Origin: Octopus sinensis
Taxonomy: Eukaryota
Direction of reading: 5' to 3'
DNA: 64,000 bases
Assembly: GCF_006345805.1 (NCBI RefSeq)
Contig: NC_043005.1
Coordinates: 5,394,001 to 5,458,000, forward strand
The stretch's first letter is position 1. The number at the start of each line of letters is the position of its first letter. Position numbers and translations under genes: made by a program. Below the pieces are notes generated by a model, which saw nothing but the letters and a program-made list of their open reading frames with translations, ran no database searches and was not told the DNA's origin. Positions 39,101-52,483 of this stretch are shown piece by piece.

Positions 39101-40611
39101 AAGAAGCCATAGATTATTTCCATTCTTTTATCAGGAAATACCTTTCAGCTTCATTTGCACTGATGAAGGATTACAAGGATTTGCTTAAACAGGTAAAAAA
39201 TATTTTCCACATATTTGTTAGATTAGAAGATAACAAAGTGAAATTAACGAGTCTGCTTCGGCAGCTTCGTACCTTTTCATAAGAAACGGTTCGAAAACAT
39301 TCAGCGGAAAGGTAGAAATTGTTTCATTTAACTCCAACACAACGGATAAATCATTCCGCTTTGTATGTCCATGAAGCATGTCATGAATGTCCAATTTCCA
39401 AGATATTCCTTGCTGCTCTTCCTTGATCATCAGTTTCAAATGTTAATTATATTCCAGTTCCTATAAAACTTTTCCTTGTCTAGCATATATATTTACTTCA
39501 TTGTATGTTTGGCACCACCTGAGCCACCACCTGAATGAACTTATCATCTGCCACATGTAACAATACGTTTGTGATATACTTTCTTTCTAAATCCTTCAGG
39601 AAATATGTATTTCTTAACCTCAGTGCCCCTAATGAGCAACATTTTAGAATTTCTATTAATCTTAATATAGATTTCTTAACATATTTATAAATTTTGGGTT
39701 TTGAGGGAACATCTATAGGTGTAGTCATGGCTGTGTGGTTAAGAAACTCACTTAGTAACCATGTGATTTTAGGTTCAATCCCACTGCGTGGAACCTTAAG
39801 TAAATGTCCTCTACTATAGCCCTGTTTCAACTCAACCATTGTGAGCAGATTTGGAGGACAGAAACTGTGTAGAAGTTCATCTCATATATATATATATATA
39901 TATACATATACTTACACACACATATGTATGTATGTATATGCATGCAGGCAGGACTATATGGTAAGAAGTTTCCTTCCCAACCACATACAGGTTCAGTCCC
40001 ACTGTGTGGCACCTTGGCCAAATGTTTTCTACTATAACCTTGGGATGACCCAAACCTTTTGAGTGGATTTGTTCGCTGAAAACTGAAAGAAGCCCATTGT
40101 GTGTGTGTGTGTGTGTGTGTATGTATATGTTTGTTTGTGTGATTGTCTTTTGCCTGACACCCTGTGATAGTTGGAAGCAAGTGCCACTGCCATGCAAGCA
40201 GTATCCTTTGTTTGCAATCTTCTGTGAGATGTCTGGTCATGGGAGAAATATCACCTCACCTGGAAACAATCAAGAGATGGCAACAGAAAGCCATAGAAAA
40301 TCCATCTCAACAAATTCTGTCTGACCCATGCAAACATGGAAAAGTAAATGTTAAAGGGACGGTGGTATGTATTTGCCCTTTTTAATTCTATGATCTTTCT
40401 CAATGGATTCTCTGTGTCCGGCATTTATCTTGTCTTTAATTTCTATGTTTGATGTGCAGGCATGGTTAAGAAGTTAGCTTCCTAACCACATGAATTCAGG
40501 TTCAGTCCCACTGCTTGACACCTTGGGTGTCTTCTACTATAGTCCTGGGCTAACCAAACTCTTGTGATTAGATTTGGTAGATGGAAACCAAAAGTAATCT
40601 GTTGTGTGTGT

Positions 40612-40642
<31 letters not shown>

Positions 40643-42313
40643 TGTGTATGTAAGTGTTGCCTTCTCTTGACATCACTGCCATGCAAGCAATGCAATTTAT
40701 TTCCAATTTTCTGCAAGGAAATGTCTGGCCATGAGAAAATATTTCCTTGCTCAGAAACAAGTGAGGGTTGGCATCAGGGCATAGAAAATCTATTTCAGTG
40801 AACTCCACCCGACCCATGCAAGCATGAAAAACTGGATGTTAATTTTATTCAAATGCTTTCCAAGCACCCAAATTGTCATATTAGTAGATATTTATTTCAG
40901 AATTTTTTCACTCTGATTTCTCACAAGCTATGTAACCTTTTTCTTTTTATCTATCTTATGACCAGGTTTTTCAGTTTTCCTTCTCACATTCTTTTGCCCT
41001 AAAAGTTTCATTACAATCCTTTCTTTTTATTATTTATTTAATAGAACATCATCCTCCTTCCCTGAACATCTCACCCCTATTGTACACTTATTCAAGTGAC
41101 TGCTTTTCATCTACCTGTCAAACTATTCTTCTGGTATCATTCTACGAAACCCTCTCCTAATTTTCCTGTAGGCCAACAAATATATTTTGAAAACATTACT
41201 TTTATGTAACAGTAACCAATTTCTTTCAGTATATTTCCAACCTTTATAATTGTTTTTATTTCTTTTTTAATCTTGATCAGACTACTTCTCAATAGTTTAG
41301 AATTTCATTGAGGTTCATGTTTTCTTAGTGAAATGGCTTGTATCTAATTAAAAAAAAAACACAAAAAAACAAGAAAACCTTCAACATAGAAATCTTATTG
41401 TAGGTTGTCTTCTGTTTAGTTTTGTTTAAAAAGAGAGTATGGCTACAATTGAAGCACATCAGTTATGAAAAATGCTATCATCAACAATACCATGTTTGCT
41501 GCCCCTAACTTATCTCCGTTATTGTATGCTTGTGCTATTTCGAGCCTAAGCTGCTGATGTACACAGCTTGTGGAAAGAAAGACATTTGAAAGAGTGACAA
41601 GATAGATTCAAGTAAGACCAAAAACAAGCTAACAGTACATACACACATGCATGCACACACTCTCTTAGATGTGAAAAATCCCATCAGCAATTGTGTGGTC
41701 CAGTATCATAGCAATTTCAGTGCTGAAAAATTATGGGACCACTCGTTTGGAAAGCATAAGTGATTGTACCCATCATTAGAATGCAAGGCAAACCATTACT
41801 GTCTTAGGACTTGTAAAAGCATGGGAGACATTGATTTAGGACAAGAACAAATCAAAAAGAAATAAGGACTATTGCAACATAAGAAACAGTGCCCCTTGGA
41901 TTACAGACAAAATAAACAGAAAGGATGCTAATGTAAAGGAAAATCAGAGTTGAGACTTTTGTCAAAACAGCACCTGAAGAGCAGAGAAAACATTGAAGTG
42001 CCTGGTTAATGAGAGAAAGAGGGGAAGAGAGAGAGACTAAACTGCTCTAGTTGTCAACTATTCTTAACTGTGTAAAATTTATGCTCTTCGACTGCTAGAA
42101 TTTTCTAGGAATTTGCTTTAACTTCAGTATAAATTGTATCCCTTAACATATCTATCTGCTAAATGTACTCCAAACAAGATTGACCAAATTCATTTGCATT
42201 TCCAAATTTTCCCAAAAATATATTTCTTTCTAATTAGAATTCATACCAATCTTTCTCTTTCCACAATCTTTAATTTTTCATGACATATGTGCAGTTTTCC
42301 ATTAAGCTTACTA

Positions 42314-43542
42314 TTGGGTCATCCCATAAATAATGCAGTTTTTCAAAATTAAGATAAACAAAATGTTTTAAAATCTAAAATATACTCTCCTTTATTTCCT
42401 ACAATGCTCTTCCATCTATTTGGTAGACTTGCAAGGCCCCTCTTCCATAATTATTTTGTCCTTGACAAAAAATACTCCTCCAGTACTGTTCTGACCTCAC
42501 CTACAGAATTCATAATTTTTCCATCCAAATGATTTTGAAGACTGGGGAATATATGATAATCACATGGGGCAATGTCCAGTGAATATGGGGGAGGGGGCAT
42601 CGTTTCCCATTCAAACTGTTCCAGCCTCTGGAATGTCATCCTCGTTGTATGTGGCCGAGCATTATCCTGATAGAAGAACACTTTTTGTCTTGAAATCAAA
42701 AATTGTCATTTTTCTTCTAGCACTGACTTCAGCCATTCAAGCTTCCTTTGTTATTTTTGGTTTGGGTTCAAAGTGGACTAAACCTTTCATGTCCCACCAA
42801 ACAGATAACAACACTTTACGTGAGTAAAGACCTTTAATCTGAGGTGCCAGTGTTTCTCCTTTCCCTACTGTCTTTGGCGCTTGACATTTTTAGAGAGAAC
42901 CCATTTCGCATCACCAGTCACTATTCGGTCCAAAAAAGGTGCATTCGTGAGATGTGACAGCAAAGAAGAGCACACATTCACTCTGCATGCGATTAAATTC
43001 AGACAGTTTGTGAGGAACACATTGACCCAATTTGCTGACTTTTCTGATGGCATGCAGGCATTGATGAATGGTTGAATGACCAAATTCAAGTTTCTCTGCT
43101 AGTTCCTCAACAGTTATGATGGGATTTTGTTCCACCAGGATTTGCAGGATGTCCTTGTGAAGCTCTACAGACCTTCCAGGATGAAGCTCATCATCTAGGC
43201 TGTAGTTTCCAGCTCAGAATTTCTGGAACCACTGTTGACATTGGCTTAAGCTTCTTGTCCAATCCCCATATACTGCATTAATATTCCTTGCACTTTCCAC
43301 TGCATTGTTGCCTTTATTGACCTCATAAAGCAAAATATGCTGAATATGCCCCTTTGTCCCTTCCATTATAGCTTTGAAAAAACAACTACTAAAATTGAAC
43401 TGCACTCTTCAAAACTTGCACTAAGAATAAGTACGAGGTAAAATTACTACCTGCTTTTATAGCAAGTTGATGCAGGTAGTTTATCCTGTCCCCTTCCAAC
43501 TTTTGGTTCATGCAATTGAAAAAACTGCATGGGATGGTCCAA
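42314..43542 (-). mobile_element. Near full-length mariner (DD34D) transposon, inactive
   Basis: TA at both ends; TIRs TTGGGTCATCCCATAAATAATGCAGTTTTT vs TTGGACCATCCCAT-------GCAGTTTTT (7-nt deletion in one). Contains the transposase pseudogene below. Confidence 0.93.
42370..43366 (-). pseudogene. Mariner transposase pseudogene
   Basis: MEGTKGHIQHILLYE...CQQWFQKF*, CVPHKL (WVPHEL motif), RIVTGDAKW, QDNARPH, PYSLDIAPCDY (YSPDLAPSDY motif), LPNRWKSIVGNKGEY. Several stops and frameshifts. Confidence 0.9.
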
Positions 43543-46500
43543 TAAATTTCTATCTATCCATATATGGAGAATTGATTGTGTAAGCATAAAAAAGTAACTC
43601 CAGAGTAATCAAGAGCTCAGTTAATATAACAGATTGCTCAACTCCAACATGTTATTACATAGCAATCAATCTTCATAGTACCAACTTACATGGATATGTG
43701 TAATCCTTTAAAATGATCCTTAAGAGCAGTGTATTTAATGTAAGAGCTTTCAAGTTAAATATATATTTGCCAAAAAAAAAAAAAATAGAGAAAACCATTT
43801 TTTTTCAGTTTTATTGATATATTGTATTTCTATACCTTTTAACTTTTTGATACCAACTGCATTAGACAAACTTTCTGTTTTGGTGATCTAATTTAAAACT
43901 TTCAGTTAAAATTTCATGTTATGTTCCAAACACAAGCTTAATAATGACCAACTTATTTTATTAAATTTATTTTCAAAGTAAATTAAAAGAAAGGCAAAGT
44001 ATTTCTACAGAAATTTGGTAAAAAAAGAAGGGAAGCTTAAACAAATTCAATTATCTCTTTTAACTCTGTCATACTCTTTCATTATCATATTTTTGTGAAA
44101 TAATACTGCCTTTGTTTTGGTTCATTTTGAAAATAATGAAGAATTTAGCAAAATAACTGTATCATTGTGGAACATATGATGAAATTTTGTTGAAAGGTTT
44201 TAAATTAGATCAGGAAATTTGTATCAAAGAAATGAAGATGGTCTCAGATGAGTTGGTATCAAGAGGGTTTAAGAAAAAAACACTAGTTTTTTTTTTTCAC
44301 CTTTAACTTACTTAGTTTTTTAAGTTTACGATGAACTTCCTATTCAAGTAGTGTCAGGCTGTTAAACAGTTCCCCATACCATCTATAATGCCATTTGGTT
44401 GAGGAATAAACACTCTATCAAAGAACTGTATCTTATTTTTGTTGTTTTGTCCTCTCTAAATCTTCTCTCACATTTATGGAGTGTAAGGCTAGAGCACTCA
44501 AGACTCGTGTTGCTGGTTGATCCAGTTTTGTAGAGTTAATGTTTCTATTATATAGAAACACTTCATTTGTTTTCACCAGTTTGGCAATCAGTGTACACGT
44601 GTGTGTATATGTATGTATGCATGCAAGTATGTAAGTATATAAGTATACCAGCTGTATGCAAATACAGACATGGCCATGGAGTTGAGATGTTTGCCTCACA
44701 ATAACACTGTCCCGAGTTCTGCTCCGTTCTGTTTGAGTTTCTCATTAATCGTATGTGTGTATCAGACTGCATTAATTAAATCAATTTTAACAAAGCAGCT
44801 CCAGGAGTCAATCAAAATGTTGAGGACTTTTAGTGATTCTTTTTGATAGTTCACAAACTTCTTCTTTCCCTTAAGCAGAATTCACCATTCAGGGGCTGCT
44901 TTGGAATGCAACTCATTTATTCAGGCCAACATTTTACATCTCAAAGCCTGATCTCTCTCTCTCTCTCTGTCCAGTTAGTGACAAGAGATGACAAGCAATA
45001 TTAGAAAATAGAAGTATAAGTGCAAATTTAATCTTGAGACAATAATACACACTTGCACGCCCTGAACAGGTTTCTTTCAGTTTCCATCTCCCAGTGTTTT
45101 GGTCAGCCTGAGACTATAGTAGAAGACACTTGCCCAAGGATGTGATGTAGTGGGACTGAACCCCTAAACCATGTGTTGGGAAGCAAACTTCTCAACTGTA
45201 CAGCCACACAGTCTTTGATAAAATTTCAGTCATTTTTGTTGTTGTTGTTTACATGAGTATTGTGTATAGACAAGTTGTTTACATCTCTCGAAACCTTTCA
45301 GAGTTGGCTAAACATGTAAAGATAGCATATAGATGTATATTCTATAATGTAATCTAGTATAGAAACAAAATACTGTTAATGGATTGGCAATTTATTAATC
45401 CTTGATTAATCTTGAAAAAATATTTTATTTTAAAACATTTCTTTTCATATTTTATGTTCAATAAACACATCTAATCATGTTAATACAGAAAATATTTTAC
45501 AGGTGGAAGTATTTTTCACCTGTGTAGTTCAGTTGGGATTTATTTTCAGCTTAGTGTTATATAAACAAGAATAATATGTCTTGTTTCATAATACTAAGAA
45601 ATATGCAAATGCCACCATTTGACCCTTTTGATACCAACCTGCCTGACACCATCTCTGGTTCTCTGTTTCAAGGTGATCTAAATTAAATCTTTCTATCAGA
45701 ATTTTACTTTCTGTGCTTATCACCAACTTAATAATGACAAAGTTATTCTCTTAAATGCTTCATTATTTTCACAATTGAATCAAAGGCAGTGTATCAACAA
45801 AAATATGTTAACAGAAGGGTTAAGCAGACATATGTTCAAAAGCATCCCAGCCATGACTATCCAGTCATTTTTTTATGACAGTAAATCCCAGACTACATCT
45901 CCAGTGATGGAATGGTGTTTTTTTACCCTTTTAATACCAACCTATCTGAGACCACTCTTGGTTTTAAGATATAAATTTACTGTTTTAAAGTAATCTAAAT
46001 TAGAACATTCCATCAGAGTCTCATGTTAATTTATATTCCCAACACCACTTTTCTAATGACTAAGTTATTTTACTAAGTTCTTTATTATTTTAAAAATCAA
46101 TTAAAACTAAAGCAGTGTATTTGAATAGAAATATAACAGAGAGATTAACAACGTGTCTCTTGCATTTACTCTGCAATTTTGTTTATTATTGTTATAAAAG
46201 ATTTTTTATGTTTGCATTGCTGTGTAAAGAAAGAAAGGAGATTTTTTATTTTTTTCTGTTAAAGATACACATTTTAGGAACGAACTAGTAGATATTGCAG
46301 GCCAACAAAGAAGCCACATAACAAGGAAGCCAATGAGGGAGTCCTTATGTAGTCAACTGACCTTCTAAAAATAGTAGCTAAATCTTAGTCATATTGCACC
46401 CTACTGTCTTAAAATCTGAAGGAAACAATGTATAATAGAGGCTGAGATAAACTGTGGATGAAAAGAAAGATGCGATGGTTTCAGCTGGAATGTCTTTGAC

Positions 46501-47516
46501 CATATGACTGCTGGTCCAGAGCTGAGTCACACCTAAATATAACAACAGCTTGTAGATACCTCACACACTGGGCATAAACATTTGCTCTCTGCCTGTAAAT
46601 TACAGCTTTTTTCTTTCTTTACTATAATTCTGCTGTATTGATAATATAAGTTTTTCACAGTTGAAATCCTATAATGAAATATTTTCTTTCTTTACTTCCT
46701 AATATTTTCTCAATATAACACTAAATTGGCGGTGGTAGTCATGGTTAGGTTTCACAGTTGATGGCAAAGTGTATTTTTATTGGTAACCTTCTAAAGCCTT
46801 TTGTTCTCCAAAATATGGTATGTAAAGGTAACTGCTTACCTTTTGATACAAACCTGCTTGAAACTGACTCTGATTCTATGTTGCAAATTCTGTTTTAAAG
46901 TGATCTAAGTTAAGACATATTCAAATTCCACGTTAATTTATATTCCAAACACCAGCTTAATAATGAGTTATTTTACTAACTTCTTCAATATTTTCAAAAT
47001 TCATTGAAACAAACAAAGTATATTTCAACAGGGTGAAGTGCTTACCCATTTGTTAGCAAACCCTGTGAGACAGCCCCTTCATTCTTTGATACAAACATTT
47101 TGCTTTAAAATTATCTTAACTAAAGCTTTCATCAGAATTTCATGCTAATTTATGTTCCAAGCATCACCTTAATATTGACTGGCATTTTACTAAACTTTTT
47201 GTTATTTTCATAATTGATTAAAGCAAATGGATTTTAATTCAACAGAAATATGAGAACAAAGGGGTTTAAATGGAAGAAACTCCAGGTTCAATGTACAAGA
47301 TCTGTTTTCATCTTCTCTGAGACCATGTCTCTATCACACAGCATTATGGCTGTTTGTAGTTCAGTTTTGATAATCCAAACTTGTTGCCTACAATATTCAC
47401 TCTTTGGAATATTTTTTAATATGAATTGGAGGATTTGGTGGAGATTAATGGGATGCAGAAAAAGTGGATTTAAATGGAGCTTAAAAGTGACTTATAGCTC
47501 AACTCAGAGTTTGAGC

Positions 47517-47729
47517 TTATTCCTTTAGCATTTAAACTAACCATATCCTGCTCAAATATTTTATGTTCAAACTGGCCAGATCCAGCCTCTCACATCTACC
47601 CTAGAATATCATTCTGAAAATAAACAATTACATCATTGAAATCTTGAAGCTACAAGATAATGCATGGCTAATTCAAAACAATATGAATAAATAAGCATTA
47701 CATTTGACTGAGAAACCTGAATGCTAAAG
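47517..47729 (+). mobile_element. TTAA-type MITE, family M2 (~220 bp), copy 1
   Basis: Ends cctttagcatt...aatgctaaag; body matches copies at 47840-48052 (reverse) and 62188-62415. Confidence 0.75.
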
Positions 47730-47839
47730 CCACAATATATGCTGTTCAGATTTCCACTTGTACTCCTCGGATACCTTGACGGTCATTAAGATAATTACTT
47801 TGTTTCAGCATATGGTTTAACTGTCTTCCGTATATTTCT

Positions 47840-48052
47840 CTAACCTTTTAGCATTCAGATTATTCTCTCAATTGTAAAGCTTATATATTCCCATTGTTTT
47901 AAATTAATCATGCATTGTCTTGTAGCTTCAAGATTTCAATGATGTGATTGTTCATTTTTAGAATGGCATTGTAGGTTAGGTGTGACAAGCTGGATCTGGT
48001 TGGTTTGAACATAAAGCTCATAGAATATTTGGTTTAAATGCTGAAGGGTTAA
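47840..48052 (-). mobile_element. TTAA-type MITE, family M2, copy 2 (inverted relative to copy 1)
   Basis: taaccttttagcattcag...aatgctgaagggttaa; tgtagcttcaagatttcaatgatgt is the reverse complement of acatcattgaaatcttgaagctaca in copy 1. Confidence 0.78.
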
Positions 48053-49069
48053 TTATGAAATAAATTATATTCTTTGTATTATTTTATCATACTCGTATTA
48101 GTTAACATTTATTTTATCTTATTGCCAGTAAAAGTAATTAAAAATGGAATTTAATTAAATTTTGACTTGTAACTGGGGGAAATGAACAACAAAACATTGT
48201 CTGAGACAGATTTCTCTGGTGTTCTAATGCTTATCAATGTATGGAAGTAAGTCACCTTCAGCACATAATAAGCCATTTTTACTTCTGTTCAGGTTTATAA
48301 ACAAAAATATTTCATTTTATGTGAGAAGCTTATCTCTGCTAAATCACTCTTGATATAAAAATACACACACGTGTATGTGTGTATGTGTATGTATATGCAT
48401 ATATATATATATATATATATATGTATATCATATTTGTAACGAATTCACACCATTAATGCCTGAAGCTTCATTAATATTTTAAGGTGTTATGATCCACCTC
48501 CTCCTCTTCCCCCCTTTTTTTCTTGACCCCCCCCCTCCGCTATAATTACTGTTGGAACGATTTTAGTTTTTTTAACTAGGAGAACAGAAGAGACTGGCAC
48601 AGATGTTTAATGACTTAGTTGGGCCAGAAACGAGACTTGAACATTGTGTAAAATAATAGTTGTTTTGTTATCCAACAGGGCAGAAACAAATTGAAGGAAA
48701 ATAAATTAGATGTGTTTTGTAAAGTAATAGGATGTTAGTGGAGAAAACTTTGTCAAAACAATGCTCTACTTGTTCCTGTCATTTCCTCACAAAATTCTAT
48801 ATTTTAAAGTAAACAGGAGCAATAAGAGAGAAAATAGAAGTGAAATTGTTGGCTAGTTTTATGTCAAATTTAGATTTTCAGAATAATCGTGATTCAGAGA
48901 GAAATAATTATCAATGATATAGATGCATGTTTGGCTGTGTGGGTAAGAAAATTGCTTTCCAACCACATGGTTTTGGGTTCAATTTTATGTTGACCAATGC
49001 CTTGTGTATAGCATTTGGTTGATGAAAATTGTTTGGAATCTTGTTGTATTCATATACATTCGCGAATGT

Positions 49070-49106
<37 letters not shown>

Positions 49107-49484
49107 TGGATATGTTTCGACCAAAGATTGGTCCAGGCCATATATATTTATGTGAATGTTTATGCATATAACTTTAATCCATTACTGAGCCTAGTAAAAT
49201 CTATTTTGCTTCACTGAAGGCCTTCATGTATGTGGGTGTGTGTGCATCACCTCCATGCTGGCAGGATGTAACAAGATCTGACAACTCATAACACTGTGTT
49301 ATGCTCCAGTGTCTACTTTCATATGGTTTCTACAGCTGGATGCCTGACCTAATGCCAACCACTTTTCACATTGAGCAGGCTGCTTTTCTCATGGCACTGT
49401 CATTAATATGGTGCTTGTGTGTGTGTGTGCTTTTGTAGTAATCTGTATGTAATGCAGTTGTCTTCAATTCAGAATCTTCAAATA

Positions 49485-49720
49485 GAGAATCCTTGAAATG
49501 TTTTATACATTTTCACTACCACTTATTGATTATATTTAGGGAGTGCAAATCATTTTCCTCTGTTCTTTTTTTAGAGGACCCTGACATTTAAACATTTTTC
49601 TCAAAATCTTATGTAGCTCGTTGCTGATAGGGCCATGGCTATGATAATAATTACAAGTGAAAACTCTATAATCTGGATATAAGAATTGTAGGTTTCTCAT
49701 TAGCTCTTCATTGCTGTTCA
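49485..49720 (-). mobile_element. C-terminal relic of an RLE-type (CRE/NeSL/R4-like) non-LTR retrotransposon
   Basis: Minus-strand EELMRNLQFLYPDY...EQRKMI...SISG-VKMYKTFQGF resembles the helix region after the restriction-like endonuclease motif. Confidence 0.5.
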
Positions 49721-50753
49721 ATGTATGGATATATGCAAATATATAAATGATGTCAAACCAAATAATATTTTGAAATTATGTAATAAAAGTCCTCCTTGAT
49801 ATAGGACTTTGCATTGCACAAAAGCAACTACACCATCTTTATTTGTTGAAATCTGGACTTCTCATGAGAGCTCTGGACATCTCAATAGCATGAGTACAGG
49901 TTCAAAGAGGAGATTTATATAGATGTAAAGGTGTGTGTGTGTGATCATCATTTTAACTTCCGTTTGTCCATGTCTGCATGAAGTAGACAAAGTTCACTGT
50001 GGCAGCTTTTGTATCACTGGGTGCCTCTTTCTGCTACTAAGCCCTCACTTTTTTTCAAGTAAGGTGATATTTTCCCAAGTATTTTATGAAACACAAACAA
50101 CATAATGACCAGATATGATTACATAGTAGACTGCTAATCAACATCACTGTTTGTATGATGGCAATGTGATGGTGTCCTTCTTTAACCACTAGCATGTAAT
50201 GTCAAGACAAGACAAACACATATACACATACCCATTCACACACACACACACATTTCTGACCACCAAAGTCAGCCACACTGCTTTGATTGACTCTAAGCTA
50301 GAGGAGAGGACACTGGTCCAAAGTACTGCAAAGTGATACTGAACTGAAGACCAGCTGGTTGCAAAGTGAGTTTCTTAACCACGTACCCAACCCTGTAGTT
50401 GTTATTTAATAATTGTTAATATTGTCTGCTTATCCATTTGTCCAAATAAAAAAAGGGTCAAAGCCCCTTAGTTTGTTATTAGAAACTGAGCCAAATACAG
50501 AGGTGAAGAGAACTGTAATGGAGGAAAATGCATTGGATGTAGAGATTGATAAGAGGAGGAGGTCAGGCTTAGGTATTTAGTGGATTTAGGACAGGAGTAG
50601 GTGTGTATACTTAGATGGATTGGAAGACATTCTTTGATGTGGTTTCTTTGGCTGGATGCCCTTCCTAACATGGACCACTCTTTAGGGTGTACTGGTGCTT
50701 TTTTATTTTCATGGAAAATGTAAAGGGTACATATGTATGCAGGAACATGCATA

Positions 50754-50809
<56 letters not shown>

Positions 50810-51545
50810 GTTGTGTGTATGTGGGCAGGTATAAATGTCATCAAAGGATTTAAAAGCAGTTAAAAGTAAAGGAAAACAGTGATTTCTAAAATATATTTCT
50901 TTGTGAGAAGATTTTTTTTCCCATTGAGTTACAGTCCTTGCATTGTTCCACCTTTCATCAGAAATACTGTGAACGAGTAATTGGCTTTTTTTTAATCTTG
51001 TAACTAATGACAGACAGTTTGCCAGTGCAAGTAGAGAATGAAAAATAGCACAATTGCAAATTCATTGGTTTTTTTTTTGGTTTTTTAAATATTTTCTTCT
51101 TTAAAATACTCATTATTGAACATTTGCTATTCCCATAATTATAATAAAAATTGCCTTTTCTGCAATTTACTTACATTATTGCACATCTAGGTAGAAACTA
51201 TTATAAAAATGTAAAAACAAGTGTTTTTTTCTTCTTTTTCTTGGACATCTGTTGTTGGTTTCCAGTTAAGAAGAAAAGTTATGGTAGTGGCTTAGAGTGG
51301 AGATCTCGAGCCCTGTGTTGTATGACTCAATGTTTTAACAGTACTTCAGTAGCAAAATTACCAGCAATTCAAGGCTCTGGAACCCCGAAATGACTCAGAG
51401 CCTAATGTCTCCCCGTGTCTTTCCTTCTGAAAATATTTTGACTACACCCAACAAATTCTGTATATCTATTTATGGGGATTATTTTTACTCTCACCAACTA
51501 CAAATTTCTGTGAAATACTGATATGAAAATGTTAGTAGGCTATAT

Positions 51546-51626
51546 CTGTATTAATTTAATATATATTAATATGCTACATGAATATACCACACCTGTATTA
51601 ATTTAATATATATTAATATGCTACAT
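51546..51626. repeat. 47-bp-period duplication with 34 identical bp
   Basis: CTGTATTAATTTAATATATATTAATATGCTACAT at 51546 and 51593. Confidence 0.85.
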
Positions 51627-52483
51627 TGATATTGTGTATTCTATCAAATAATATTAAAAATGCAGAATGAAGATCTATATACCTCTATTAATATATTCAC
51701 AATATCTGAATTTAATATCAAAAGTGTATAAATAAAAATATATGCTATATCAATACGTCAGCAAGCTGGCAGAATTGTTAGCATGATGGGTAAAATGCTT
51801 AGCAGTATTTCATCCGTATTTATCCCTTGGGTTCAAACCCCACCAAGATTGACTTTGCTTTTCATCCTTTTTTTGGGGTCAACAAAATAAATACTCGTTG
51901 AGCATTGGGGCTGATATAATCAACACTCCCCCCTCCCCAGGCCTTATGCTAAAATTAATATATCCTATATCCTCTTCTGTATTCTTAAACCAAAATGAGA
52001 ATTGTATATCTCTTAATGTACAATATCTTCATTTGAAATCAAACCTTCATATATTTTTTCAAGATGCTGTGTCCTTTGCTATATTCTTAAATATGGAAAA
52101 TGAATGTAAATTGATGTACATTTATTAATATACTCAGAATATCTTCATTTAAAAACAAACCTTCATATTTTTTTTGTTTGCAATATCTGTATTAATACAG
52201 TATATATTAATATATTAATGTATCTTAAATATTAAAACAAGAATATGAAAATTGATGTACATCGTCACGTTATCAAATCAGACCTTCATGTTTTTTGAGA
52301 TGATACATTAAATGATTAAGAGTTAGTGAATACAAATATGAAGATTTTGTGAAAGTCTTCATGTTGCCTGGTTAAATTACTTTGTTTACTACATGTTAAT
52401 ATGTTCCAAGGTGGTAGTATTTCTCCAAGAATCTTTAGCAAATGGTTGCTGAGAAAATTTTTTTACTTCAAAATCTTTTACTA

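Noticed and set aside
41400-42010. Old LINE-like sequence (also about 27680-27950)
   Set aside because: Composition suggests decayed coding DNA but no diagnostic motif could be read.
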